From the NCBI GenBank assembly GCA_964291315.2, contig OZ219753.1:1248001-1312000 (forward strand): 64,000 nt of DNA, given 5' to 3'. Position numbers and translations under genes: made by a program. Source of the DNA: Candidatus Poribacteria bacterium (GTDB taxonomy: Bacteria > Poribacteria > WGA-4E > WGA-3G). Within the stretch, counting starts at the first letter, position 1; each line of letters begins with the position of its first letter. Below, one piece after another: positions 37,791-48,098 of the stretch. Below the pieces are notes generated by a model. That model did not search any database. It worked only from the letters and a program-made list of their open reading frames with translations, and was not told the origin of the DNA.

Positions 37791-40700
37791 TTAATTCCTC
37801 TCTTTCTGTTTTAGGTCTGCCCGCAACGAGGGTAAACGCTTAACAATCTTCAACGTCTTTAGACTGACGGTGATAACGCGCGCCACTAAATCCACGATAT
37901 ACCGCGGCGCATCCGAACGATTTGGATCGTTGACCAGTCCACTCCGATTGTGCGTCTTCACACAATACTGATCTATCACCCACTCCAACGCTGAACGAGT
38001 GCCTAACCGATACGCAAACGCCTCCGCTGGAATGCCGTCCAACGTCAAGAACTCGTTATATTTCAACTGTGTTTTGTTTTTGGACAGCTTCATCTTCTCC
38101 ACGCGCCAGTCTATCGGCGTGCCGGGCGTTTCTCTATATTTTAGCTCGAACTTCTGTGCGGCTCCGTAGTTGATGTGAAGGTCTGCGAGTTGTGCGCCTG
38201 CGGTAGCGAATGCCCAGAAGTCTGTCGCGAAGGGGATATGCGGCAGATCGCGCTTCAGGTTTGCCTCGTATCTCTCTCGGTAGGCAGAGTGATGCAAGAG
38301 TCCATAGGTGTAGTGGAAGATGTCCCACTTGCTGATGGCATCGTCTTTGTAGTGAGAGCGGAACGTGGATAACGCCCAATCGGTGATATTTTCGCGGCGG
38401 TTTGTGCCGTCTTCATTGTAGATGTAGAAAGGGAACGACTGATTCGCATCGACTATACCAAGGCACGGAATCGCAGCTACCATCAATGGGTGAAAAGGTT
38501 TCTTGCTGCCGATACCGTTGACACAAATCATCCGATTTTCTGATTCCGTCTCCGGCGTAGGGAATATCCGATGCTGTTGATAACGTCTTTCGTTCCAAAA
38601 GGGATCGAAGTAGAGGTTAGATTTCGTAAAAGGGCGATAGAGAGAGGTCCGAACTTTTATCTCTGAAGATTCAGCCATTTGCCTGTTCTTTAACTTCCCT
38701 TTCAAACCAGAACTCCACTTGATTTTTGTATCGTCATAGATCACAAAATTATCAACGGTCGCCTCTCTATTTGTTCGTTGTGTCCAGCGCGCCACTTCTG
38801 CATTGTAATTTTCAATCATCCGATTTATATTTTCAGTGAGTGCGTCTCGGTTGAAATTGTAAGCCCACGCATCACGACAGGTTACGATACCGCGACTGTA
38901 GGTTTTGAAAATCACTTCTGTTGCAGCGCCTTTTTTTGCCTTTTCTGCCTTTGTGCCCATCGGAACAAAGGTGTCAAACTCAGGATCCAGGCCCTCTGTC
39001 AACCACGCGTGCCGCGCATCGGGTTCAATGGGCTGCCACGCAACACCGCCTGCATGTTGACTGTTATTCAGAAACGCAAACTTCTGATCTTTATTCCACA
39101 ACTCATCCGTGCGATAGTAAAAGATTCGTGCTTTCTCTGAAGAATTGCCTCTGTTTTTCACGAATAGGTTGATACTCACCCCGACACAGATCCCAAACAC
39201 ATTGCCACTCGAGCCCTTTGATCCGCTCTGCACATCCCCGCCTAAGTCGAGAACGTAGAGGGCATCGAAGTCTGCCGCAAGGTGCTTTCGCACCCCATCA
39301 AACGCGATGCCGTCCAGAAAACTGTTATTCGTTATCAGTGCCACAACGCCCTCTGCTCCAATCCTGTCGGAGGCCCAGCGGATCGCTTTCACATACGGAT
39401 CCGAGAGGGCGTTTTTGTTCGAGGCTTTTGAATCTTGTGAATAGGTGTCCCGAACTCGTGCATCCATGAGCGGATACTTCCTATTCTTGTTATTATCGTT
39501 CTCATCGTCCTGCCCGGCGTTGTAGGGCGGGTTGCCGAGCACTACGAACATGTCCGCTGCCTTCTGCTGCTGCACCCGCTCCGTGTTTTCGCGCGTGAAG
39601 AGCTGCCCCTGCTCCGGCTCAAGCAGCTCGAACGTATCCGCCAGCACGATACCCTCAAACGGCAGATACGCACCCGTCCGACGGAAATACTCCTGCTCAA
39701 TATTCAGGCTTGCGATGTAATATGGCAACAGCATCACCTCGTTGCAGTGCAGTTCCTTCCGGTATTTCGCCTCTAACGCTGCGCCTTGAATGTCGTGCAT
39801 CAACCGCACGATGAAGTTGCCCGTGCCGACAAACGGGTCTATGATATGCACACCCGTGTCCGACAGCGAACGATCAAACTCAGTTTTCAAAATGTGTTGT
39901 ACGCTGTTGACCATGAAATCCACGATCGGCTGCGGCGTATAGACGATACCGTGTGTATCAGCTGTATCTTCGGAGAATCCTTGAAAGAACTGCTCATAGA
40001 ACGTATTGAGGAAGCTCTGTTTCTGTGAGAAGTCTTTGCAGAGCCCCGCCGCCTGTTCAATAGCAAGGTAGAAACGATCTAAAGGCGCTAGAAACTCCTC
40101 ACGACTGAATGCTTGTCGGATCAGTTCGTCAACCACGTTTTCAATCTCGCGGGTGATGATGTTCCGTCGAGTGAAATCCGAGTTATTAAACATCGTGCGG
40201 AAGATCCGTTCGGTGAGGATATGTTGGATCAGCATCTCCTCGACTTCATCGTGTGTGAGCTCGGGGTTAATCGCCGTGCGACAGGTCTCATAAAAGCTGG
40301 CAAATGCCGCTTGGAACCCTGCGTCCCCGGTGTGCTGCTCCTCTATGAGCTCCTTCAACTTGCCGGCGAGCCCTGGCACATGTTCTTTGAAGTCGTTGAC
40401 AGCCGACTGCCAATTTTCCAGTGCCGGCGGCAGATAAGCGAATAGACATTCAAGAGCAGCGATCAGTCCTGCAGCGTTGCGGATGTCGCTGTCTAAGAGG
40501 ACCTGTCCGTTCTGATACAAAATAGCGCGCTGTGGGTTCTGGAACAGGATGTTGTCGAGCGGATACCCCGCCGCGCGTTTCTCCTCAACGGCTTTAGGGA
40601 GATCGTCATCTATATCTTTTGCCTCCCAATAAGCGAGTGGCAGGCTATATTCATCCAAGATTGCGCCGTCAATCACGATGCGGTTTCCGTTGGGTGCGTG

Positions 40701-40877
40701 CATCTGATATTGCGGGATGAGCGTCGCTTTCATCTGCTTCGCGCAAGTATCAAGCAAGAAGGCGAACGGATTGCTGACGGCCCCCTCGTGTGTCGCCTTG
40801 TGCTGTTCGTATGCCTGCAGCGTGGCATAATAGTCGCGGATCGGTTTGTGGGTGGATTTGAGTTTGAGTTGTGACAT
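37791..40877 (-). CDS. Single-polypeptide R-M enzyme: nuclease + N6A MTase + Type ISP-like C-terminal TRD, no helicase
   Basis: IDG..WEAKD nuclease-like motif; YTPQPIV, DPFVGTGNF, GNPPY; C-terminal SLYRPF and SALEWVIDQY. Confidence 0.85.
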   Translation of the reverse strand: MSQLKLKSTHKPIRDYYATLQAYEQHKATHEGAVSNPFAFLLDTCAKQMKATLIPQYQMHAPNGNRIVIDGAILDEYSLPLAYWEAKDIDDDLPKAVEEKRAAGYPLDNILFQNPQRAILYQNGQVLLDSDIRNAAGLIAALECLFAYLPPALENWQSAVNDFKEHVPGLAGKLKELIEEQHTGDAGFQAAFASFYETCRTAINPELTHDEVEEMLIQHILTERIFRTMFNNSDFTRRNIITREIENVVDELIRQAFSREEFLAPLDRFYLAIEQAAGLCKDFSQKQSFLNTFYEQFFQGFSEDTADTHGIVYTPQPIVDFMVNSVQHILKTEFDRSLSDTGVHIIDPFVGTGNFIVRLMHDIQGAALEAKYRKELHCNEVMLLPYYIASLNIEQEYFRRTGAYLPFEGIVLADTFELLEPEQGQLFTRENTERVQQQKAADMFVVLGNPPYNAGQDDENDNNKNRKYPLMDARVRDTYSQDSKASNKNALSDPYVKAIRWASDRIGAEGVVALITNNSFLDGIAFDGVRKHLAADFDALYVLDLGGDVQSGSKGSSGNVFGICVGVSINLFVKNRGNSSEKARIFYYRTDELWNKDQKFAFLNNSQHAGGVAWQPIEPDARHAWLTEGLDPEFDTFVPMGTKAEKAKKGAATEVIFKTYSRGIVTCRDAWAYNFNRDALTENINRMIENYNAEVARWTQRTNREATVDNFVIYDDTKIKWSSGLKGKLKNRQMAESSEIKVRTSLYRPFTKSNLYFDPFWNERRYQQHRIFPTPETESENRMICVNGIGSKKPFHPLMVAAIPCLGIVDANQSFPFYIYNEDGTNRRENITDWALSTFRSHYKDDAISKWDIFHYTYGLLHHSAYRERYEANLKRDLPHIPFATDFWAFATAGAQLADLHINYGAAQKFELKYRETPGTPIDWRVEKMKLSKNKTQLKYNEFLTLDGIPAEAFAYRLGTRSALEWVIDQYCVKTHNRSGLVNDPNRSDAPRYIVDLVARVITVSLKTLKIVKRLPSLRADLKQKERN

Positions 40878-40958
40878 ACGCATATGATAGCAGAACTCCG
40901 AATAGAAAACAAGAGAAAAAAGTTCTGCTGGAGGTCTTCAGTGTATGGGCTCTGCCTT

Positions 40959-40982
40959 GTAGCGTAACCTGTTACAGGGTGC
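40959..40982 (+). repeat. Solo copy of the 24-bp GTAG-type repeat
   Basis: GTAGCGTAACCTGTTACAGGGTGC. Confidence 0.5.
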
Positions 40983-40990
40983 ATGCGTTT

Positions 40991-41746
40991 TCACCTTCTT
41001 TCCCGAAGGTCAAGAACAGCTCGGTAGTGTTTGGTTACGCGGCCATTGTACCTCGTCTCAATAAGATTGACAATTCCCTCAAATAGGAGACTCCTATTTT
41101 TATCTGGTAACGCGATGTGATCCGAATAGGTACTCAGGAGCCCGATGTATTGTTCAGATGAATACGTTTCTGTCCACGGATACTCTCTATGAATTGGGGG
41201 ATGAAAGGTTTCAATCCCCAAAAGAGGCGGAGCTTGCGTTGGACGGCCTGCAGTTAGCCGAAGATAGTATCTATCGTAGAGGCTTTGAACTTCCGCGAAG
41301 AATCCTTCTTTCCTTCTCACATGCTGATGAGAGAAAACCGCGAGAAAGCCGCCTGAATTAAGCGCCTCGGATACCTTCAGGTATCTCACTACAGGATCTA
41401 CCCAATGAAAAGCAGTAGCAGAAATAGTGAGATCGAATTTGCCCTCCAGTTTCCACGTCTCAAATGATTCTCTCACAAAAGAAACATTTGGAAATTCCTT
41501 TAATTGTTCTCTTGCAACAGCGATGAGATCAGCACCGATGTCCAGACATACCAATTTATATCCACGTTCTGCAAAGGAACGGGTTGCTTTGCCAGTACCG
41601 CAGCCAATTTCAAGAATTCTGCTATGATTTTCAATGCCAGAGAGGTCTACAACAGCCGCGATTAATTCTTCAGGATATCCCGGACGAAGGGCCTCATAGA
41701 GGGGCGCGGCGCTATTAAAAGTAGCCCTGAGGGTGGTGTTTGACAG
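40991..41746 (-). CDS. Class I SAM-dependent methyltransferase; reading frame extends upstream to a CTG codon
   Basis: Frame stays open upstream of the ORF-track start and encodes LSNTTLRATFNSAAPLYEALRPGYP..ILEIGCGTG, including the SAM motif. Confidence 0.75.
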   Translation of the reverse strand: MSNTTLRATFNSAAPLYEALRPGYPEELIAAVVDLSGIENHSRILEIGCGTGKATRSFAERGYKLVCLDIGADLIAVAREQLKEFPNVSFVRESFETWKLEGKFDLTISATAFHWVDPVVRYLKVSEALNSGGFLAVFSHQHVRRKEGFFAEVQSLYDRYYLRLTAGRPTQAPPLLGIETFHPPIHREYPWTETYSSEQYIGLLSTYSDHIALPDKNRSLLFEGIVNLIETRYNGRVTKHYRAVLDLRERR

Positions 41747-41814
41747 GCAATGCTATCTCAAATTAATTGCCGAATGGGCTGTTTTTAACGCAATTTTAGG
41801 GACACATACACGAT

Positions 41815-41898
41815 AATTTATCACAAAGTCGGGCAGATGTCAAGTAAGATCATCATTTACGGTTTTCCCTTGACGTGCTTCGCGAAATTCGCTATTCT
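41815..41898. promoter_or_regulatory. Divergent sigma70-type promoters
   Basis: Minus strand TTGACA-17-TAAATT (41843-41815); plus strand TTGACG-17-TATTCT (41870-41898). Confidence 0.5.
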
Positions 41899-41970
41899 TT
41901 ATCACGAACAATTGAAAAAGCTGAGTTCTGCAAGTTCTATTTCAATTTCTTGAGGAGAGGGAGTATACCG

Positions 41971-43050
41971 ATGAAAACGTATCGCGCCGCTGTTATCGGC
42001 TGTAGCCGGATGGGTGCCTTTATTGATAACGAAGTCCCCGGTTACGAAGCCATTAAATTACCTTATTCCCACGCTGCAGGCTTTTTTGCCGAAGAACGGA
42101 CCGACCTCGTCGCATGTGCTGATCTGCGTCTAGAAGTCATGGAACATTTTGGAAACCGATATAATGTTCCAAAATCTAATCAATACACTGACTATCGTGA
42201 CATGCTTGAAAAAGAACAGCCTGATATCGTCAGTGTTGCCACACAACCCGAGCATCGCGCAGAAATTGTTATTTACGCAGCGGAGCACGGCGTGAAAGCC
42301 ATCTATGCAGAAAAGGCGATGGCGGCTTCTATGCACGAAGCGGCAGCGATGCTCGCTGCAGTGGAAAAAAACAGGGTCGCCTTTAATCTCGGCACAAATC
42401 GCCGGTGGCATACAGGCTTTGACAAAATGAAGGAAGTCATTGACAGCGGTGAAATTGGCACCCTACGAACCTTGATTATCTATTCAAACGGCACACTTTT
42501 CAACACAGCCAGCCATAACTTCGACCTAATTTTACGTTTGAATAGTGATGCGCCTGCAAGTTGGCTCACAGGGTATCTTCCGCAAGGTGATTCGGTTTTT
42601 GATGGGGATGTGCTGCAAACCGATCCGACCGGGGCGGGAACAATCCAGTTTGAAAACGGCGTGATTGCGCATGCCCTCCTAACGCCACGAAGCGGTGAGT
42701 GGGAAGCAATTGGAGATGCAGGAAGCGTTACATGCTGGAACAACGGGTGGCAGTGGCAGCTCCGTAAACGGCAAGACATACCAGGGTGGCGGACCTGCCA
42801 AGCCCCCGAAACTTTTCCTGCCTTTGAACGAGCCAGTAGCACAGCAAACTTGATCAAAGACCTTGTCCATGCGTTAGATACAGGACAACCCACCCGAGGT
42901 GGAGTCCGGTGCGCGTATGCCAGCACTGAACTAATTTTTGGCATAATTGAATCACATCTACACAACGGTGCGCGCATTGAACTCCCGTTAAAAAACTCAA
43001 AAATCCGTTTACAAAGAAATCCATCTGCAAGACAACCACGGGTAGAGTAA
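41971..43050 (+). CDS. Gfo/Idh/MocA family oxidoreductase
   Basis: AAVIGCSRMG, AEKAMA, NRRW; ATG 41971 with purine-rich SD. Confidence 0.85.
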   Translation: MKTYRAAVIGCSRMGAFIDNEVPGYEAIKLPYSHAAGFFAEERTDLVACADLRLEVMEHFGNRYNVPKSNQYTDYRDMLEKEQPDIVSVATQPEHRAEIVIYAAEHGVKAIYAEKAMAASMHEAAAMLAAVEKNRVAFNLGTNRRWHTGFDKMKEVIDSGEIGTLRTLIIYSNGTLFNTASHNFDLILRLNSDAPASWLTGYLPQGDSVFDGDVLQTDPTGAGTIQFENGVIAHALLTPRSGEWEAIGDAGSVTCWNNGWQWQLRKRQDIPGWRTCQAPETFPAFERASSTANLIKDLVHALDTGQPTRGGVRCAYASTELIFGIIESHLHNGARIELPLKNSKIRLQRNPSARQPRVE

Positions 43051-43100
43051 CCGTAGCAGGCATGATGTAAGCTTTGTCTATTCTTTGTCTGTATAATTCG

Positions 43101-44042
43101 CTAAGGCGCGAGCGATGCACACCGAATACCCTCTAATTCCTGAGCACTGAAGACCCCTGCTCGATAGAGATTCCGATACTCTTCAGAGACACTTTGACCG
43201 AATATTAACAAATCGTCTGTGTTGACTGTCACCGGCACGCCGTTGTCATATAAGATACGAATGGGATGTGAAGCGATATCCGGCACAGCGTCTAACATCA
43301 CGTTGCTCGTTGGACACACATTCAATTGAATCTGATTTTCCGAGAGCCACTGCATGACTTCGACTGATTCTGCGGCAGCGATACCGTGCTGTACCTCGTC
43401 TAGGTTAAGCACTTCAACGGTTCGCCTGATGTCCTCCGCGCCCCCAAATTCGCCAACATGTGCTTTGAGTTTCATCCCTGCTTTGCGGGCGTTTTTATAT
43501 AAAGACTTCACCGCTTCAGGCGCACACGCTTCTTGATGGCTATATAGATCAATCGATTGAAATATGTCTAATTCTATCGCTTCGCGCGCCGATGCCATCC
43601 ATTTTGGATCGGCAGCACACTCTCGCGCAAAACCGAGTTCGGGACGCACGTCAATCTGCTCCTGATACCGCTCAACTAACAGCTCAATAAATGCGCGAAG
43701 TTCGGTTAAACCCCCCGGATAAAACTTGACCAACCGGATGTCGAAACTCATTTCAAGTAGAACAACCCCCTCTTGGACGGCATTGTTCAACGCCGATACC
43801 GCGATGAACTCAAAACCTTGACGGTGTTCTAAGTGGGGCGCTAAAATTCTATCTATGTATTCCATCATCCCCGCAAGTCCTCTCATTTTCTGAGGAGGCT
43901 CGGCTAGGCGCTGACCGAGCCAGTGCTCCACGTTTTCTCGACGGGCACTTAAGAAAGCATGACAGTGAACATCGGCTTTAGGAGCTGTTTTTATAGCGGT
44001 TAAGTTATCGGTAGAGAGTGCTTCAACGAAATCAATAGACAT
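43101..44042 (-). CDS. Adenosine deaminase family amidohydrolase
   Basis: PKADVHCH, AHVGE, VQHG, CPTSN, VNTDD. Confidence 0.85.
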   Translation of the reverse strand: MSIDFVEALSTDNLTAIKTAPKADVHCHAFLSARRENVEHWLGQRLAEPPQKMRGLAGMMEYIDRILAPHLEHRQGFEFIAVSALNNAVQEGVVLLEMSFDIRLVKFYPGGLTELRAFIELLVERYQEQIDVRPELGFARECAADPKWMASAREAIELDIFQSIDLYSHQEACAPEAVKSLYKNARKAGMKLKAHVGEFGGAEDIRRTVEVLNLDEVQHGIAAAESVEVMQWLSENQIQLNVCPTSNVMLDAVPDIASHPIRILYDNGVPVTVNTDDLLIFGQSVSEEYRNLYRAGVFSAQELEGIRCASLAP

Positions 44043-44064
44043 TTTAGTTTTTCATCCAAAGGTA

Positions 44065-44847
44065 TCACGGTGCCGATGGTTCTTTCTTCGCGACGATGGC
44101 AAAACTCACATTGTAAGCCATTTCGTGTGCCCAGCTTCCCGGGGGAGCATCAATATCGGGTTGGGTCCAAGGACGTTCCTCAACATGCTCAATCCGAAAA
44201 CCGTTAGCCAGAAGTCCGTTGAATATATCCGCCAAGTAGTGTCGAAAGTCGAAGGCCCCATCTGAATGCCTATAAACCCTCTCAGAATAAGGTTCAACAA
44301 CACGATAAAATTCTCCATCCCATTCCAAGGCGTGCATTGCAGGATTACCAAAATCTACGCGATACCAGCCGCTAGGACGGATGATCCTTGATACGCCTTT
44401 ATAGATTTCATGCACAGAGGGGATCCAGCTCATAGAAGGCCCTTGATAGACAAAATCAAATGAGGTATCTTCAATTGCGGACAAATCTCGAATGTTGAGG
44501 CGGAGCGTTTCTATCGGATAACCGTAGTGTTTCGAAGCCGCAATATCTCCGTCCAGTTGCCCCTGCGTGAAATCGAGCACAGTCACATGAGCATTCAGCA
44601 GGCCGAATACTGCTGACTGTTGTCCGCCACCTGCTGCGAGGCACAACCCCTTTTTGTTAGCAACATCTTTGAGTAGATACGCCGGATAAATTTGATAAAG
44701 ATGGTACGGAATCGGATTAAGTTGACCTGCAGCGTACTTTAGAATATCGTCTCTATCAAGGTCTATCCACGGGACAGTAAAACCGCCTTTCCTTAAGACT
44801 TCAGCTTCCCAATGTGCCCGATTGGCGATTGTAATTTCGTCATTCAT
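44065..44847 (-). CDS. Class I SAM-dependent methyltransferase
   Basis: LCLAAGGGQQS, VTVLD. Confidence 0.85.
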   Translation of the reverse strand: MNDEITIANRAHWEAEVLRKGGFTVPWIDLDRDDILKYAAGQLNPIPYHLYQIYPAYLLKDVANKKGLCLAAGGGQQSAVFGLLNAHVTVLDFTQGQLDGDIAASKHYGYPIETLRLNIRDLSAIEDTSFDFVYQGPSMSWIPSVHEIYKGVSRIIRPSGWYRVDFGNPAMHALEWDGEFYRVVEPYSERVYRHSDGAFDFRHYLADIFNGLLANGFRIEHVEERPWTQPDIDAPPGSWAHEMAYNVSFAIVAKKEPSAP

Positions 44848-44871
44848 AAGGTTTTAAACGTGGGGGTAATT

Positions 44872-46038
44872 CTACGCGATCACACGTTCTATCCACGCCT
44901 CGTCAATGTCAAGACCGAAACCCGGCGCGTCTGAGGGGGCGACATAGCCGTCTTTGATGACCGAGGTTCCGGGTAATTTAACCATCTCTTTGAGAGGAAC
45001 GCCGGGTGCAGAAACGCCCTCAGAACGCTCACCCCAGGTGATAGCAGGCATGGCAAATGCGAGATGTTGCCCGTATGGGTAATTCATGCCGCCATGCGTA
45101 ATCACGGAGATGCCGTTTGCCTCAGCAATGTGGCAGATTTTGGCTGCCGCCGTAATGCCCCCACACCACAGAACATCGGGCTGGAAGATGTCAACGAGCC
45201 GTCTACCCGCCGCTGCCGCAAACACGGTTGGCAGATACCAATGTTCGCCAGTCGCAAGCGGTTGCCAAGGGACACGTTGGCGTACCGTTTCATAGCCGAC
45301 AAAATCGTCGGGCGGAATGTAATCCTCCAACCACTTCAATCTGTAAGGTTTCATAGTCTCACAGACACGTACAGTATGTTCTACGTCAAACCCGGTCCAA
45401 GCGTCCAACATTAAATCAACTGTATCCCCAATTGCGTCCCGTGTCGTTGCAACCAATTCTTCAAGTTTTCGTAGTCCTTCTAAGCCTTGTGCCGGCCCCC
45501 ACGGAGTGAAGAGTTTTGTCGCTTTGAACCCGAGTTCCATGTACCATTCCTGATCAAAACCGGAGGCGTAGCAGAAAATTTTTTCTTTTTGCGGTCCCCC
45601 GAGCAGTTCATAAACCGGTCTTTTGAGAATTTTGCCTTTGAGGTCCCAGAGGGCACAATCGACTGCACTGATAGCATAACTCGTCAGGCCGGTTGCCCCG
45701 AAAGCAGCTGATGATCGTACCATCATGTCCCACAATTTCTCAGTCGCCATGCAATTTTCGCCAATCAGAAACGGGGCAAAATGGTCTGAGATAATCCGCG
45801 TCACGGGACCGCTATAAAGTGAGATACCGAAGCCCCAAGTGCCATCTTCTGCTGTCACAATACATGCCGGACGTTTCCACTCAGAAGAGGAGACGTGTCT
45901 AGCTTTTCTGTTGAACGACGGATAACGCGCAATAGGACGAGCCAGCTGAAACCTTTTGGCACGACTCGGTGTGCGCGGCGTTGTTGTCGGTTTCGGCGTC
46001 AGTTCAATGTCTACGACGCGAATGTCTTTAATCCTCAT
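44872..46038 (-). CDS. Enolase superfamily (mandelate racemase subgroup), L-rhamnonate dehydratase-like
   Basis: ISAVDCALWDLKGK, KATKL, MLDAW, WLED, ATGEH, QPD; ATG 46038 with AAGGAG. Confidence 0.85.
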   Translation of the reverse strand: MRIKDIRVVDIELTPKPTTTPRTPSRAKRFQLARPIARYPSFNRKARHVSSSEWKRPACIVTAEDGTWGFGISLYSGPVTRIISDHFAPFLIGENCMATEKLWDMMVRSSAAFGATGLTSYAISAVDCALWDLKGKILKRPVYELLGGPQKEKIFCYASGFDQEWYMELGFKATKLFTPWGPAQGLEGLRKLEELVATTRDAIGDTVDLMLDAWTGFDVEHTVRVCETMKPYRLKWLEDYIPPDDFVGYETVRQRVPWQPLATGEHWYLPTVFAAAAGRRLVDIFQPDVLWCGGITAAAKICHIAEANGISVITHGGMNYPYGQHLAFAMPAITWGERSEGVSAPGVPLKEMVKLPGTSVIKDGYVAPSDAPGFGLDIDEAWIERVIA

Positions 46039-46184
46039 AGAATTCTCCTTTGCTCTGAGGCAATGATGCCTCACACTATTGCGAGATGTCCAATTTCCCT
46101 TGCGTGCCCCTTTTTTCTATTGTATCATAAAGACTCAGGAAAATGTCTTTTATTTCTGTTATACGTGCTAAATAAAATTTTGCT

Positions 46185-46763
46185 ATGGTACATCCGGATA
46201 ACTTTGCAGAACACAATATTCATTTAGAAACGGAGCGTCTGATACTCCGACCTTTTAAGGATGCAGACTTTGATATCGCGCTTCCGTTTTACAGAGACCT
46301 TGATTTTTTGATGGCAATGGAGGAATCTCCACCTGAGGCACCTGTCACAAAGGAATACCTCAAAAGAGCCGGGAAGGCCTTGCGAAAAGACGGATTTCTG
46401 TTCACAATCGTAGAAAAAGTGAGCCGTAAAGCCATCGGTGAGGCGTGCTTGCAGTGGATGAATCTGGAACGGGCGAAAATTGAAGGCGAAAAAGTGATGC
46501 GCCTACCTATCGGAATCTGGGATAAAACGCTGTGGGGTAAGGGCTACGGAAAAGAGATCGTTCGACGCTTGATGGCACACGCTTTCGAAAAACTAAAGAT
46601 CGACCGTTTCTGTGCGATGGATGTCCGTGCCGACAATGCCCGTTCAAAAAGGTTATGGGAGTCGCTCGGATTGAGGGTAGCTCGAGAAGTAGATGACGGA
46701 AAAACGTTGGACTTTGAGATGACACGAGCAGAATACAAGAAAATTGCTCAAACCAACACATAA
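46185..46763 (+). CDS. GNAT acetyltransferase (RimJ/RimL-like)
   Basis: LETERLILRPF, WGKGYG, NARSKRLWESLG. Confidence 0.85.
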   Translation: MVHPDNFAEHNIHLETERLILRPFKDADFDIALPFYRDLDFLMAMEESPPEAPVTKEYLKRAGKALRKDGFLFTIVEKVSRKAIGEACLQWMNLERAKIEGEKVMRLPIGIWDKTLWGKGYGKEIVRRLMAHAFEKLKIDRFCAMDVRADNARSKRLWESLGLRVAREVDDGKTLDFEMTRAEYKKIAQTNT

Positions 46764-46828
46764 ATAAGGTTTCAGATCATAGGAGACTTTGATGTTCAGT
46801 AGACACCTTGCCGAACCCGCCGCGGCAA

Positions 46829-46952
46829 TTAACATACTCCGTTAATAAAGCAACGGGGATTCTTTTGAAAGCGAATCCCCTGCTTTTTAGTGCGGATTGT
46901 GGCGTTCTAACTTCAGTAACCGAAGTCTACGAGGATTGCTTGCGATCGCAAG
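46829..46952. repeat. ~120-bp dispersed structured repeat, copy A (resembles IS200/IS605 ends)
   Basis: Shares colinear blocks with 60403-60524. Confidence 0.6.
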
Positions 46953-47081
46953 TCCTGATACCGACTAGGTTCCAAAGGTTGAGGTTTCCGCAATCTCTAC
47001 TATGTTTATCGCAGCGTTTACATCTCTATGATGTGTTGTCTTGCAACAACCGCACATCTCTTTGTGTGGAGTCTTGGCCGG

Positions 47082-48098
47082 CTATTCCCACGGATACAGT
47101 ACGACCTTACCGCACTCGCCCGTCGCTTGGAGCTCCCACGCTTTTTGGACATCACGCATCGGGAAGGTATGTGTGACAAAAGTGTCTATCTGATCAGACA
47201 CAGATTGAATCACCTTTATTAATTTCGGATAATCACCGAGGTTGTAGTGCCAATTTCCGCGCAGAACAAGTCCCTTCCGAATCATATCCCGACTCGCAGC
47301 GAGCGGAAATTCCCCGCCTTCACCGACAAACGTGACCTGTCCCTTCCGGCGTGCAGCGTCGATCATCAACCGGTGGGCGGCAGATGCCCCTGAACAGTCC
47401 ACGGCTTTGTCAACACCGACACCGTCCGTGAAGTCGAGAATCTGCTCCAAGACATCCGAATCCGTCGGGTTAAACACAACCTTTGCACCTAATTTCTTGG
47501 CGAGCTCCGCACGATACGGGTGACTTTCTACGCCGATGACGCGCGCACCGCGATAGTGTGCATTGATAATACCGCCTAATCCGACCGGGCCCAAACCGGT
47601 AACCATGACTGTATCCAAGGCGCTAACCCCCATCTGCTCCATCGCCCCGAATGTCGGCCCAAGTCCACAGCATGCCATCCCTGCATGTTCGTAGCTGACA
47701 CCCTCCGGGATTGGAGATAGCAACTCGTCTATCTTATGCATATATTGGGCATAAGTTGCCGAAGCCGGATCGGTCCGGAGCATCTCTCGAATATTACGCC
47801 CATTCTGGCAATGGATATATTCACCAACGGCACACAGTGTGCACTTGCCACAACCGTTCTGGGGTTGCACGACGACACGGTCTCCCACTTTGAAGCGACC
47901 CGGTTGCGCGACTTCAACGACCTCACCTGCGGCTTCATGTCCGAAGTGTTCGCCGGTGCCGCCAGCCTCAAATCCTTTGTACTCTGTACACATGGGGACA
48001 GCGTGAATTTTGACGACGACAATATCGCCTGCTGCCCGAGGATCTGGTTTTTCAACAACTCCGCCTTTACCTTTACCAAACATTGCTGCAACTTGCAT
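47082..48098 (-). CDS. Zinc-dependent alcohol dehydrogenase (MDR)
   Basis: PMCTE, GHE, CGKCTLC..C structural zinc site, TGLGPVG; start set at ATG 48098 (MQVAAMFG). Confidence 0.85.
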   Translation of the reverse strand: MQVAAMFGKGKGGVVEKPDPRAAGDIVVVKIHAVPMCTEYKGFEAGGTGEHFGHEAAGEVVEVAQPGRFKVGDRVVVQPQNGCGKCTLCAVGEYIHCQNGRNIREMLRTDPASATYAQYMHKIDELLSPIPEGVSYEHAGMACCGLGPTFGAMEQMGVSALDTVMVTGLGPVGLGGIINAHYRGARVIGVESHPYRAELAKKLGAKVVFNPTDSDVLEQILDFTDGVGVDKAVDCSGASAAHRLMIDAARRKGQVTFVGEGGEFPLAASRDMIRKGLVLRGNWHYNLGDYPKLIKVIQSVSDQIDTFVTHTFPMRDVQKAWELQATGECGKVVLYPWE

